A stretch of DNA of 64,000 nt from positions 992,001 through 1,056,000 of the forward strand of contig NC_081332.1 in assembly GCF_022539665.2 (NCBI RefSeq), in the 5' to 3' direction. This document shows, piece after piece, positions 22,059 to 35,981 of this stretch (positions within the stretch are counted from its first letter, which is position 1; every line of letters begins with the position of its first letter). Origin of the DNA: Daphnia carinata. Taxonomy: Eukaryota. Below the pieces are notes generated by a model that was not told the origin of the DNA, did not search any database, and was given only the letters and a program-made list of their open reading frames with translations. The position numbers and the translations under genes are program-made.

Positions 22059-24312
22059 AAACGTGAGATTTCTTGTACTATAATTTAAAGTCTGTTTGCG
22101 ATATTGTTGGCTTGAACCTGCTTAATCTTTATAACTGTCATTTTTGTACTTAATACATGATTGTGTTTGGCGAGGTATACGATGGTTCCCTCCTCCCTAC
22201 ATTTTGGCAGACTCGAACTAACAAAGGAAATTCTAGGGGTATCATCCGACGATGAATAAAAGTAATGCATATCTCTTAAGACAACAAATGGAAAAAGGCA
22301 AGAATAAAATTATACACTAACCTGATGAAGGAAAACTTGTGCCAAAGTTTTTGCATGATAGCTGCTAAACACCGTAGTTCACCAGAAGATGCATCACTGT
22401 TGGGGTGGGCAGACTTGAAGTGGGTCTAATCTTCTTCTCACTTACTGGATGCTTTTCTTTGGTCTCATCAAAACCCTCAAACACAATGAAAATGAATGTG
22501 GGGTTTTAATCATTCCACTTGATAAACGGATTCTTATGACTTACATTAATATAAAGAAACAAGTATCAGGACAAAATACAGGTCAAATATAGGTAACTCA
22601 TTATTACTACCAGATGGTAATTCATGACTCCCTATAGAACTTTTCACCTGTCTCATTATGATGCTCTAAACAAAAATGAATGAATGAGAACAATGAATCA
22701 CCCACTTAAACCAAACATTACCCATAATCAATTTGTAATACTGCATTACCTACTGCTCGGTTAGAGACTAGTTCAGGGAAGTATTAGCTCACAGTCAACT
22801 TTTTCCCTGACGAAACTTTGATTCCAAATGACAAGCTAATGTGATGGTAGAACCCAAAGTGGAAAACCTTTAGCAGTTATCATACAATACAATAGCACAT
22901 TTTACGGTACTTAATAAGCTTAATGATACCTCATTTTCTTCGATTTTGGACAGGAATCTTCATAATATGGCTTTGTCACTTACAACAGTTCAATTGCATT
23001 TTCTGGTAGCACCATCGTCTCTGCTTGGGCTAATCGTAATCTTGTGCTTCAATATACCAGGAATGAGGTGTGAATATACTGCAAGGTATAAAAAATGTTA
23101 CCATCTTGATTAAAAAAGCAACATATGAATTTATCACCATTTCTTCGGATTATCTACCACGAAGCACATTCGTAAACCAAGTAAATGCGTCACGTGGCAG
23201 GTTACCGCAGACGAACATGAAGCACAAGAACCATCGATGATACTTTCAAAGGCAGAAATATGTTTGACTCATGCAGCAAAAATATAAAAAATGCTAAAAT
23301 GGTATTTGTTCCTTATGTACTTGCATTTCAATCGTTTCCTTTGTTCTTGCTCCATAAAGAGGACTGCTATTTCAAAAAACGCTCCATTTAATCCAGCTCA
23401 GCAAAGAATTTTTTGCAGGAACCTACTTCCATAGCGACTACAAAGCGAATGATTGAGTTAAGAAATAATAAAAGCTATTTTGTATCTACGTTGCCATCAC
23501 GTTTAAAATAAACTTTCAATTTTTGATGTATTTTTTCCATAAAGTTTAGGTTTATTGCTTGTCAACGCATTTTAAATTCTTTACAAATTACATTTTCTTC
23601 GTTAACATTATTAAGTAATAAGTGACAGCGCCAAATACTTCCTGCTTTCTCTAACCGAGCAGTGGATATAATAATGATTACAAATTATTATTTTTGGCTC
23701 TGCTTTTGGTGTCCCAAGTGTTTGATTCATCTTGTTCTTTCATTCATTCATTTTGTTTAGAGCACCGCCATAATTGAGTGGTTCTATAGATGGAGTATGA
23801 ATTACCATCTGGTAGTAATAATAGTTACCTATATTTGACCTGTATTTTGTCTATCTTGTTTCTTTATATTAATGTAAGTGAGAAGAATGATTAAAACCAT
23901 TCATTTTCATTGTGTTTGAGGGTTTTTTTGATCAACCAAATAAAAGCATCAGTAAGTGAAATTGAAAGTTTATTTAAACCCACTTCTCTGCCCACCCCAA
24001 CAGTGATGCATCTTCTGGTGAACTACGGTGTTTAGCAGCTATCATGCAAACTTTTGGAGCACAAGTTTTCCTTCATCAGGTTAGTGTATAATTTTATTCT
24101 TGCCTTTTCCATTTGTTGTCTTAAGAGATATACATTACTTTTTATTCATCGTCGGATGATACCCCTAGAATTTCCTTTGTTAGTTCGAGTCTGCCAAAAT
24201 GTAGGGAGGAGGGAACCATCGTATACCTCGCCAAACACAATCATGTATTAAGTACAAAAATGACAGTTATAAAGATTAAGCAGGTTCAAGCCAACAAGAT
24301 CGCAACCAGACT

Positions 24313-27300
24313 TTAACTTATAGGACAAGACATCTCACGTTTTGACAGCATTTGAATAACATCTTTAACGTCGTACTCGGTGTAGCGATTGAGAAGGAAG
24401 GAACGTGCACTTGCTAATCCGATCGTCATCACGCTCTTGTCGATGTTGTAAATTATCAACAATCGAACAACAGCGTATAAACTTTCTCTTGGACATTTTC
24501 GGCAGACGAAATGTAAAGCATTCCATCCTTCATTATCTTTGCAATTCACGTCGATTCCTTTTTCCAATAGCAATCGAACGATATCAGCCAAATTTTCTTT
24601 CTCGCATTCACGACACAAGGCGAGAGCGCATTGCAACCGTCTTTTTGGCCTTCCAGTGAACGTCAATTCCATTTTCAATTAATAATCGAATGGTTTTTCT
24701 ATCACATTTTTCCTGGGGCCGTATTGACAGAGTGTGAAAGCGCGTTCAATCCGCATGGCTTTTACAATTGACATCGTTCCCATTTTCCAATAGCAATTTA
24801 ACGATATCGTAAAGATTATCTTTCAAATAATAACGACAAACGTGAAGGAGAGCGTTGCAACCGTCAAATGTCGTGTAGTTGACATTCACTCCGTGTTTAA
24901 TTAAAAGCCTTGCAACTCCAATTAGATTATCTCTTTTGTAATAGCGGCAGAGAACGACGAGGGCATTCCATCCATCGAGAGTTTTGCAATTGACGTCGAT
25001 TCCATGTTGGATAAATAATTCGACAATTTCGATAATTAAATCGTCCTTTTGATAATTGCGGCATAATAAGAGCAGAGCGTTCCATCCTTCTTCCGTTTTT
25101 GCTGACGTCGATTCCACTTGCGATGAGCAGTTCCATAATCTCCGTCGCGTAGTCTTGACAACAAAACGTGCATACGTAATGAAGAGCGTTTTCTCCGAAT
25201 CTGTCTCTTTTAATTGATGTCGATCCTGCGTCCCAGCAACAGATTTAATATGTCAATGAAATTATCTTGCCGTAATTTCGACATAACGCAAGTAAGTGCG
25301 TTCCATCCGTCGTTGTTTTTGCAGTTGACATCGATGCCATTTTCAATCAACAGTCGAAAAATTCAATCATGTCTTCTTCGTGGTAATATTCAATAACGAA
25401 ATGGAGGCGTTCCAGCCGTCGTTATTTTTACTGTTGACATCGATGCCACTCTCTAGAAATAATTGAACAATGTCGAGCAAATCGTTTTTGTGATAGTTGC
25501 GACACAACAAGTAGAGCGCGTTGTTGCCAATTTTCGTTTTGCAATTGACGTCGATTCCATTTTCGAGGAATAATCGAACAATGTCGATTAACTTGTAGGT
25601 GTAATTGTGTTTGTAACATTGACATAAGGACATGAGCGCGTTCCATCCTTCGAGGTCCTTGCAATTGATGTCAATTCCACGTTCGAGAAAGATCCGAATG
25701 AAATCGATTAAATTATCTTTGCGTAAAAAAACGGACTAGAGAGAGCAGAGGGTCACATTTGTCCCATGATTTTTCAATTTCAGTATCAACTAAAAGTCGA
25801 ACAATGTCCATCAATTTCTCGATCGGGTAATGGCGACATAACATGTGCAGGGCATCCCATCCATGATGATGGATCTGCTTCCGATGGACAACGACAGACG
25901 AATCGGAATCTGAATCGTCTTCTGTAATTATAATCCTGAATTCTGTCATTTTGAAATCTGTATTTGCATCGATTTCAGATGGACTGAGTTCAATGTACGT
26001 GTCGGGTGCGGTTAGTGGCGAATGCGAATCCTTTAGCATCTGTTTTTTCTTGAATTAATTCCGCGAAAATGTTGATCTCTTTTTCGATCCGTTTGACAAC
26101 ATCTTTCATCTCACACCACAATTTTTCATTTTCAGGTGGATCTTCATTGACATCGGTGTGCAGCGTTTGATTCTTGACGACATCGAGGAAAGGCTCGGGA
26201 CGTGCCAGCGATGCGAACGCGAGTTGGTAAGCGAAACGTACTGTAAACTTTGCCGTTTGTTTACGTAGCATGTCCCATGGGGAAGAGCATGACTGTGTCT
26301 GTGTACACCAGCTGATGGGTTGTTATTTGCTCGTGAAATTTCCTCATCGCGCAGAGCTCCTTGTGTTTGTCTTCCAGCCACACGTTCAAACGATTTGGAT
26401 TGTAGGCGAATTGCTCGTTGCCCATACGTCCCATCAGTTTTTTAAATGATGATGTCTAAGCCACAGCGGATGTTGAAGTTCATTTCTCTTAATTTCGTAT
26501 TGAGTTCTGATAGGAAAGAGCTGAAATGCTGTCTAAAATCTTGCAATTTCTCGTGAAAGGGATTTAATTTTACCACGAGCGGATCGTTTGTAACGAGTTT
26601 CGTGTCCACCTCTTCGTAGCCCTGCATGTGTTTGACACTCTGACGCCAGAGTTCGGTTAATTTCATTCTTAAGGGCGGTGCTCCGTTTTCGGAAGCTGGC
26701 AAAGGTACCAGCAGGTAGAGCCAAACGATACAGGGCACGCCAAGTGTCACGTTTCCAGCTTGACCCGTCCTTGGCCATCGAGTCAGACGAGATTTGAGTA
26801 AACTGCTGCCGGCGAATTTAATAGCTTCTTCAAATGCGTTGTTGGGCATTTCACATTTTTCGGCAGTGGGAAATCGCTTTTTAAAGAGACATTCAACATT
26901 TGATTTGTTGCCGTTTGTCATCGTTTGACCTCTAAGAACTTCGAGTAAATGACCGCCGTAGTTGGATAATTGATCAGCTGCTTCCGTTCATCTTTCACGT
27001 CCTTGTATTTCTTTGTTAAAGTGAACGTCGATTCGGATCCGTATTGAATTTGAGTCACGACGTGAGTGGCCGTGCCATTCTTGCCTATTTTTGCTATGTC
27101 GAGTAGCAAAATTGATCATCTTCTAAGAGATGGTGGGGACTTCTTTGAGTGCGGTATTGCGGTAGCATCGGACGTGAACATTTGATTCGTGGAACGTTTG
27201 TTTTCTTTTGTTAAAATAATCAGCCGGCCCTTTGGGTACGACCAATCCCGTTAATATATTGATTTGAAGCGAACCGTTGACATTCAGTTCGTGGAAATTT

Positions 27301-27544
27301 GTCGGTTAATTGACCCGGTGCGATTAACGAAAAAATTGCGCTTTCATTGCGGGTAATGTTGCAAATCTTTAATTCCGTATCGGACAAAGCGGATGTCGAT
27401 AATGGGGATTATTAGGCATTTTGATTTCTGTTAGGATTTGTTACACGGGATAATTTCATCTGTCCGTGCGTTGTAAAGCGTTCCCAATTTGAAACGTCCC
27501 AATGTGGGTATTTCCAAAACTTGCGTGCTGATATCACAGGACAT
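24313..27544 (-). pseudogene. Frameshifted mirror copy of MACPF-ankyrin paralog 2 (pseudogene or uncorrected assembly duplicate)
   Basis: Fragmented minus-strand ORFs reproduce paralog 2 peptides almost verbatim; ATG mirror at 27542-27544. Confidence 0.8.
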
Positions 27545-28568
27545 AATCAACATGAAATATTCAAAAAGTTGTTTTAAAATTTAAAAATTTGAATTTTGGA
27601 TGCCTTACTTTTCCTTAGTTATCCACGCAACTTGGAAAATATCCAATGGGGGCCTACGGTCGTTGGTCTTAATGTCTTGAATAAGTAGGTCACGATTGCT
27701 TTGTGTCAACTAGCTGTCACTTTATTTATACCGGCCGAATAGAGAGCGCTGCACGCGAGCAGCGAAGCAAGAGCGTGACACGGCCGACAATGCTGCCTGA
27801 CCCAATGAAGTGCAGTTGCCAGAGAGGCGTGTCGATAAAAGGGAAAATAGGAGAGAAAAGCTTGGCTCTTTTTTATTAATAAATCACGGGGTCACGTGAT
27901 GCGAGAACCCGTAACTTTCATTGGCTCAGTCACGGAACCTTTTCAAGGTTTCCTTATTTTCTTTTGTTATTTTTAGACAAGCCCCCACACCCTGATTGCT
28001 AGTCAGGAAAAAGAAAACAAGGGTCGTTATACTTGAGCCTAAAAACAACCTCGTCTCGCTTGGGGAGGTAATCAGACTCGATTTTTCTACGGTCCGGCGC
28101 TAGGGGCGGGTCGCGTGTCATTTGTTTCGGCTTTCTTGTTTTTTCATTTGTCGGAACAAATGAGCCACGCAATCGTTCGAATATAACTAGCAATTTTATT
28201 CTTCTAATTAAATGTAGAGATGCGTAATTGTTGAATTATTGAGAACAATTGAAAGGGACGTCGTTGCCAGTTTGAAAGAATGCGGACGCTACAAGATCAC
28301 GTCAAAGCTCTTGAAATGCCTTTAACGTTAACGACCTCGAACGCAGCGATTTCTTTCTTTTCAAATTCTAGCTCAACCGTCATCTCTCTTTCCACTTATC
28401 ACTTGCAGAATGCCAAGGGTGTTAGCCGTCGTCCAAAACCAGTGGCGACTTTCGATAAGGGCATGCGAACATTGTTACAGAATTAAAATCAACGCGTTTA
28501 ATAGCTGAAAACAATGTTTTGATCATTTACCCCTGTATGTAAATCGTGTATTTCAAATAGGGTAAATG

Positions 28569-31500
28569 CTATACGTTCGAATCTAAAATATTCAAAATTT
28601 CTTTAATACTTTCTTCTTTGTAACGACCTAAGAGACAGATCGGGCAGTACCGATTTTACCTCCAGTCGTCACTGCGTTCGTGTTGATTTTGTGCTGAAAA
28701 TTAAAAGCGGAATGAGTTCTAGCATGTTCTTTTTGCGTTGATATCGGTACACGTTGTGCAGGGCGTTCCATCCGTCGTTGTTTTTGCAATTAACTGAGAT
28801 TCCGCTATCGAGTAGCAGTTGAACAGTTTCAATTAAATTATCGTTCTGATAATATCGGCCGCACGCGAAATGGAGGGCGTTGCATCCGTTGTTCGTCCTG
28901 CTATTGATATCGATATTATAATCTAACAAGAGTTGAACGATGTCTGCGACGTTGTCTTGCTTATAATATCGACAGATTAAATGGAGAGCGTTCCATCCTT
29001 CATTGTTGGCCCAATTAACGTCGATGCCTTCCTCGAGAAAGAGTTGCACTAAATCAATTAGATTGTCGTTGGGGTAATATCCAATATTTAAGAGGGCGTT
29101 CCATCCTTCGTTGTTTGTAAAACTTGCGAAAATGCCACTATCGAGAAGCAATAGAACGATTTCGATGAGATTATCGTTCGAATAATAGCGACACACGTTA
29201 TGGAGAACGTTGCATCCGCTATTCGTTTTGCAATTGATTTCAATGTTTTTATCGAGAAGAAGTCGAATAATTTTGATGAGATTATCCCTCTTGTAATATC
29301 GACACACTAAATGCAATGAACTTCGCTGTTCTTGCAATTGACGTCGATCCCTCGTTTTGAGGAACAATCGAACGATTTCGATTAAATTATCTCTTTCGTA
29401 ATATCTGCACACTAAATAGAGAGCGTTCCATCCTTTCAAGGTTCTTACAGTTGACGTTCTTACAGTCGAATGACGTCGATTAAATTTTTCTTGTCGTAAT
29501 AGCGACACAGGAAGTGAAGCGCATTGTTGCCGCCTTTCGTCTGATAATTAACGTCCACCTTTTGAGCCAGAAACAAGCGAATGATGCCAAGTAAATTATC
29601 CCTCTGATAATTTCGGCAAAAGAAAAGGAAAGCGTTCCATCCGTCCTCGAATTGACAGTTGACGTCGATTCCGCGTTCGAAACAATCGAACAATGTCAAA
29701 CAGCGTTCTCCTTCTCGTCGTATCGACACACTAAAATGCAACGCGTTTAATCCGCCGTTGGTCTTGCAATTGACATCGACTCCATGTGCGAGCAACAGCC
29801 GGGCTATTTCCCAACAAGTTCTCCTTGGTGTAGTAGCGACACACGAGCAGAAGGGCGTTCCATCCGTCGTCCGTCTTGCAATTGATGAGATCCACTCCGC
29901 GTTCGAGAAACAGTCGGACCAAGTCGATTAGATTATCTTTGTCGTAGAAACGACACAAGGCGAGGAAATTCATGTGATTCCAATAGTCGGGTATATCGAC
30001 GTCGGTTAACAGGCGAACAATGTCGATTAAATTGATTTTGGGGTAGTGTTGACATATGATGTCGATGGCGTTCCATCCGTAGCTCTTTTTTTGCTGTTGA
30101 TGAACGATGATGGACGATTCGTTGTGCTGATCGTGCGCTGTGATGGCGAAGGCAAATTTATCGTCATTTTGTTTTGATTGAATTAATTTAGATATAATTG
30201 TTATCTCCTTTTCAATGCGTTTGACAATGTCTGCTTTCGTACCAACGCCATCTGTCGTTAACGTCCGTATTTAGCGTTTGCGTCGCGATGAGATCGAGAA
30301 CAGGTTCTGGGTACGTTGGCAAGTAAACGCAAAGTTCAAAGCCGAAATTAACGTTGCATTTCATCATGTGCTCTTGTAATATTTCGGTAGAAGGGAAAAT
30401 AAGACGTTGGGGGAAAGAGTGATGGCCATCTGTTCTTGATACTTCTCATCGTACAGAGTTCTTTGAATTTTTCATCCAGCCAACCTTCGAGCCGTTTTGG
30501 ATTGAAAGGAAATTGCTCATTATTGATACGCTGCACCAACTGCTTTAAATTGTCGATTTGCATCAAGCCACTACGTAAGTTTACAACCATTTCTTTCAAT
30601 TCAGTTTTAGGGATTGTTGCGGAATGAAGTGAAATGTGTAAAATGGAAATGGCGTAGCTTTTCGTGAAACGGGTTAAATTTTTTCGCTAGGTGTCGTTGA
30701 GCAAGTAATCGAGTTTGGCTTGCACTTGGTCATAGTTATCTATCTGTTGAACGCATTCCAGAATGTCACTCTGAAGTGCATTTTCAGCGCCGTGCGTCGA
30801 TGCCAATGGATAGAGCCAAGCGATGCAGGGCACACCGAGAGGAGCCTCTTAGCAACTGAATTTGATAATAAACGTGTGAAATTTTTTGCGAATTGCTTGG
30901 CCTCGTCGTACGTGGTGAATGTCATCGAAATTAAGAAATCGCCTTGCAATCGACATTGTATGTTAGTTGATGTAATTAGTCTCCTAACACATTCTTCATC
31001 TCCGCCGAGAATTGCAATCAAGTTGTTGGCACAGGCTTTTAATAGGCTATTCGCTTCGTGCTCGTCTTCTGTTTCGTCTAGTCTTTTTGTCAAAGTAAAA
31101 GTAGCTTCGGCACCGTACTGTATTTTCGTGATGACGTGCGTTGCTGTAGAGTCTGTCGGTGCAACGTTGAGATAACGTATCTTGGCCTCGTTTAATTGGT
31201 CGCTAGTGAATTTCTGAGTAGCCGTGCAGTAGTGACATCTGACGTGAACGCTAGTTCGTGAAATTCATTTTTTTCTTTTTCAGATGTTGCCAATGCTGTT
31301 CGGTGGGGTCCACTGAGATGCTGATTTGAAGCAAACCTTTCACGCCGAGATCGTCTAATTTTTCGCTTAATTTATCGGAGGGAATCAGGGAATAATTGAA
31401 GCCCTCGTTGCAGGTAGTTTGAAATGTTCCTATATCTTCGCTGCACACGGTGTCATCTGTAAAGTAAATCGATTAAATTCAGAAACATTAATTTTTAGGG

Positions 31501-31629
31501 GGGGGCGGGATTTATATAAATACTGCCTGGCACAGCGATGTCATTGCGATCGTCGTAAAGAGTTCCCAAAGTTAGCTTTCGTCCGAGTACAGGGATCTTC
31601 AAAATGTGTCCATTTAAACCATTCGACAT
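28569..31629 (-). pseudogene. Frameshifted mirror copy of MACPF-ankyrin paralog 1 (pseudogene or uncorrected assembly duplicate)
   Basis: Fragmented minus-strand ORFs match paralog 1; ATG mirror at 31627-31629, stop mirror at 28569-28571. Confidence 0.8.
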
Positions 31630-31941
31630 TTTCGCGTATTGCCTGAGAAAGTGCACAACAAACAATCACATAGTCAGCATAAACCACTGAGCCTCATCTT
31701 GAATCCACGTAAGCGGCACGACGAACACATGACAACTTAGCAAACGGGATGTTGACATGTTCAAGAATTTTGATTCCATTAATCGAGACATGTTTGTTCA
31801 TTGCCACTTACCAAAGTTGTGTCGGACGAACGCAACTATGTAGCGTTGCACGCAGCGTCCACGTTAGTGGGAGCAATAGCAGATGTTACTATCGGATTCT
31901 AAAAAAATGCGGCTGCTTAATTGCGGAAGTTGGAATGCTAC

Positions 31942-31985
<44 letters not shown>

Positions 31986-32783
31986 GTCTCACTGAAGGGG
32001 GTATCTTGATGCAATCATTCAACGAGGGGACAGGCCGTTAACGAAAAGAATGCCCGTTAGCTTCGTAGAGTAGTTTTGTTGTGTTGCAGTAACTGGAAGG
32101 TAAACAGACCAGCTATATTGTGTTTCTTTTAAACATTTTACAGGAAATATAAAAAAAAACTTGGTTTAACTGAATGGTAAAAAAATTTAAGTTTTGTGCT
32201 TCGTCTGCTGTAAATAACTTTTAATTTGTATTTTGTTGTAGATTTACGAAGTTAAACGGTTACCCATGGTGGTAACAGTCCTTTGACGTTCTTTTTGTCC
32301 GGATATCAGCAGTTCGACAGTTGTAGAAGATTTCCTATGGATGCTAGAGGTATGTTGAGGATTGGTGAAAAAGAAAATTTCGATACACAAGTGTAGAACT
32401 AATGCTTTGAAACATTTGCAGGAAAAGTTGCCGAAACCATTTTCTAGCCCTGCCATTTTGAGGAAAAGATGGCCGAACTCTTACCAACAACCAATAGAAT
32501 TTGAGAAGAACAACAGGCTGGCAAAGAGAAAGGAGTCGCCTATTTCAGTGGCCATTTTGTTTGAAAAGGTGCAGTAGCAACTCGCGTGCTCTGTGCAGCA
32601 CTGACATGCTCTTTCCCGGAATCCTGGAAATTGATTAGCGATTCATAGCTGACAAGTTATTCGACTATATCGTGGGGAAAATGCAGTCGTTCTGAATTGT
32701 AAGGTAACAAATCTAAACACTCTTTTACTTGAGATAACTAGAAAAGTGATTCTTGTTGTAGTATCCATCTGTACAAGAAGGAA

Positions 32784-32883
32784 NNNNNNNNNNNNNNNNN
32801 NNNNNNNNNNNNNNNNNNNNNNNNNNNNNNNNNNNNNNNNNNNNNNNNNNNNNNNNNNNNNNNNNNNNNNNNNNNNNNNNNNN
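32784..32883. other. Scaffold gap (100 N)
   Basis: Run of exactly 100 N, the usual placeholder for a gap of unknown size. Confidence 0.99.
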
Positions 32884-33644
32884 TTAAACGTTGCAAGACC
32901 AGCGTCTCTTTTACCGATATGGCGGCTTACGATAATTGGATGAAAGAATTCGGATCTTTTTAATTCAATTGAATAGTTATATCTGGACGTCGTTAGAAAG
33001 AAAAATAATGTATTTATGTAAAATCTAGAACGAAATCTTTTCCGAAGTTTGTAAGAGAATGGCAATGTTGCGCGAGAAAAAAAATAAACACCTGGATCAA
33101 ATTACAATGTGGCAACGTTTTTTAATCTTGTGTGACGACATAAAAGTTGGCGGCCAAATTTCAACTGGTTGTCATTTTTCTATTAATATTCATTTTAGTA
33201 GAAATATTTGTGTGCTAATGTTAGTAGTTATGAAACTAAAATCCTTGATGGTGTAGTTCCGCCATCAGTCATTTAGTTTGATATTATCGATGCGTGGTTA
33301 TTGAACATTGACAATCAGGTAACGAATTGAAGAGGTCACGTGGCCGTCTATCCAATTTTACTTTTGATATGGATAATTACAAGTTTAGTTGTATATGAAG
33401 TTAATTTGGAAATGAAGCTATTTTTTCTAAGATCTTTAAAAATTATGGCAAGAAATATTGCACTACAAAGAACCAACATTCTGTTGTGAAATTGTCAAGG
33501 CAAAAGATGCTGGTTGAGTTTTCTATTGAGCATAAGCCACATGTTGGCAATAATAAGAGACATTTTAAATGACTAGGAGGAGCTAAAAGCAATCAAACTT
33601 GCATGACACCAGAATGAAGACTTAAATTTCAAGTACAAAGCAAC

Positions 33645-34714
33645 TCAAAAATTCGTTTCTGAGGCAATGATCCCATGAGGTAATGGAGAAGAATTATAAC
33701 TTTGCTGATGTTGACTTGTCTGCAGTTGCCTTTGCTGTGAGGCAACTGGTGGGTTAATTACAAATCCCAGTGGAGGTGGTGGTACCAAAGTCATGTTTGC
33801 CATCTCTGCAGCACATGCATAATTGCCATTATGAATGTTATTGTTGTTACAGTTTGGTGGTAATGGAGCAGGAGGAAGTTGCTGCCGTTGATGATACTGC
33901 AACAATATAAAGTCATCAGCTACAAATCTTAGTGAGTAAAACTAAATATTTTACAATGGTCATAAAAATACTAACATTATGATTCCTATTATTTGGACAA
34001 CAGGGCCGGCAAATGAGTACGGAAACAGACACGAAGACAGACAAGTTGACAATAAAACCGAAAATGCTCAAAATGAGCAGGGTCCACTCCAATCCTAGCC
34101 ATATTGCATCTATTCAATTTGATCAATTAGAATGGTTCTCAATTACTGAACGTTTAAATACATACTGTTATAAGAACGGAATCGAGGTGACACGGCCATG
34201 GCCCCACTGACGGCCGCAATTCCCAACGAACTGAAGATGGATAACATGGCCAGCACCAAAGTTCCCACTAATCTGTAAACAATAATCATCAATAAGAGTT
34301 AATTTGAATATTGTTATCATTATTACATGGGCTGTCTTCTTTCATAGGCGGCGCAGATACCCAGAAGGCCACCCAGGCCATAAAAAAGTGAGCCCCAAAC
34401 TCCTGGACTAATGAGATCGAGCGAAGCGAACCGAATCAGTGAATTGGGTGAGTTGAATCGAATCAAAATCATAGCCTACAAATAATTATATTTTTGGGAA
34501 CGTGAATTAGTATAAATAGCAACTACTTTTTATTTAGGTATAACTACATTGTTTTTTAAGAACTGACTGAAAATGTGGTGCACAGTAGCCAAAGGAAAAT
34601 ATTGATAACTGAGAGGCTGATGAGGACGTGAGCACCTGGATTATGTCGATGGTAACCAACTGCAACGTTTGGCTTGCTGTTCTGCATGTTACAAATTCTC
34701 AACGTTGACTGCAT
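33645..34714 (-). CDS. Four-transmembrane MS4A/CD20-like protein with Pro/Gln-rich C-tail, ~5 exons
   Basis: Spliced translation: MQSTLRIC...HVLISLSVINIFLWLLCTTFS / AMILIRF...ISPGVWGSLFYGLGGLLGICAAYERRQP / ILVGTLVLAMLSIFSSLGIAAVSGAMAV / AIWLGLEWTLLILSIFGFIVNLSVFVSVSVLICRPCC / Pro- and Gln-rich tail. The G-V-W-G-S-L-F-Y..G.L.I.AA segment resembles MS4A TM2. Confidence 0.6.
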
Positions 34715-35497
34715 ATCGCAAGAACAGCACAAAAAATAAGAAGGTATTTATTTTTCTGACCCATCCTTTTCCTCCTTCATTTCCATAAGATTCTCTAAAT
34801 AGCTTTGAAAACCATTAGACAAAAAATGGAAGGAATTAGGTGTATGTAAAAAAAAAATATTGAGGCCGTGACCGCGAAAGCAATTCTAGGAATGGAAAAA
34901 AAACGTATTCAAAGGTCATTTACCTTTTTTCTCGGTTGATTTGTCATTATCCTTGGTTTTTTTCCTTCCTTTTTTCTAACAATGGAACGCCTTTTTTTAA
35001 CTAGAAAAAATGGGCGATATTGAACTCTTATTTTAAAGGAGAACATGGTAAGTTTTATTTATTAAATAATTAAGACACTTTCCCTATTCGTTTCTAATTA
35101 GTGTATTTAAAGAAATGTTGAGTATTTTTAAACAATAAAAATATAAAATAGGGAGAAAAAAGAAAGCAAATAAGGAGAAAATTATTTATCGTGCAACAGG
35201 TGCGAGGCTGTTGCGGGAAAGTGGATTAGCGGAGCAAACTCATGAAGTATATTTATTCGTCCCCTCAGGCTTGATGGAAGAAGATAACGGAGGCGTAGTG
35301 TGTTACAGGAAATGGGTTACACGACACAAATGACTAGCTCACGAGTGTGGCCTAATCGTCAAGAGCAATGGCCCACAAAGAATATGACCACATGTGTTGA
35401 ATCTGTTTTTTTTTAGGTACTGGGCACATACAGGTGGTATATAAAGGCTGGATATCGTCAACGTCGATATTCCCAGTCTTGTCTTGTATCATCAAAC

Positions 35498-35981
35498 ATG
35501 AAGACCTCTCTCGTGGTGAGTTTCTTCTTATTCTCTGCTAAATTATCTTTGAAATTTTACTTAAATTTATATTAAATTTAGATTCTAGTTTTGGGTGCTG
35601 TTGTGGCCACTGTAATGGCTGATGGTGAATACGCACCACCTGCCTACGAAAAGAAATATGATGGCTACTTCCAGTATGCCAATGTACCCAGTGAAAAAGA
35701 ATATGAATTTGGCTACAACCGTGGAAATGCTGCTCACCACACTTCTCGCTATGAGCAATCCAAGGACCACCGTTTCCGCACAAAGGTATTATAGCTCCCA
35801 TTTAATTTGCCTGTAATTTTGTTTACTCATTTTTGCAATTCCCTTAATAAAATAGGTCAAGTGGGCCGACACTTACGACGGCTACGGTGAGCACTACTGG
35901 GAATACAACCATGGCGACAGTTACGCACCAGCTTATTCCGAGCCTGCTCCTGCTTACGAGGCTGCCCCTGTCAAATACTAG
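35498..35981 (+). CDS. Small secreted Tyr/Ala/Pro-rich cuticle-like protein, copy 1 (3 exons)
   Basis: Exons 35498-35515, 35582-35785 and 35856-35981; signal peptide MKTSLVILVLGAVVATVMA; core KYDGYFQYANVPSEKEYEFGYNRGN...VKWADTYDGYGEHYWEYNH; YAPAY/AAPVKY tail; TATATAAA at 35438. Confidence 0.85.

Larger units (their letters stand above)
13529..32782. repeat. ~9.2 kb inverted duplication (arms ~13529-22785 and ~23635-32782, ~850 bp spacer)
   Basis: The right arm is the reverse complement of the left arm throughout, with many 1-nt indels, and stops exactly at the N gap. Confidence 0.95.

Noticed and set aside
22090..23630. Exon-like minus-strand segments around the palindrome spacer
   Set aside because: All frames contain stops and no recognisable domain, so no gene model can be supported.
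32643..33065. ORFs spanning the N run
   Set aside because: Artefacts of translating through the scaffold gap.
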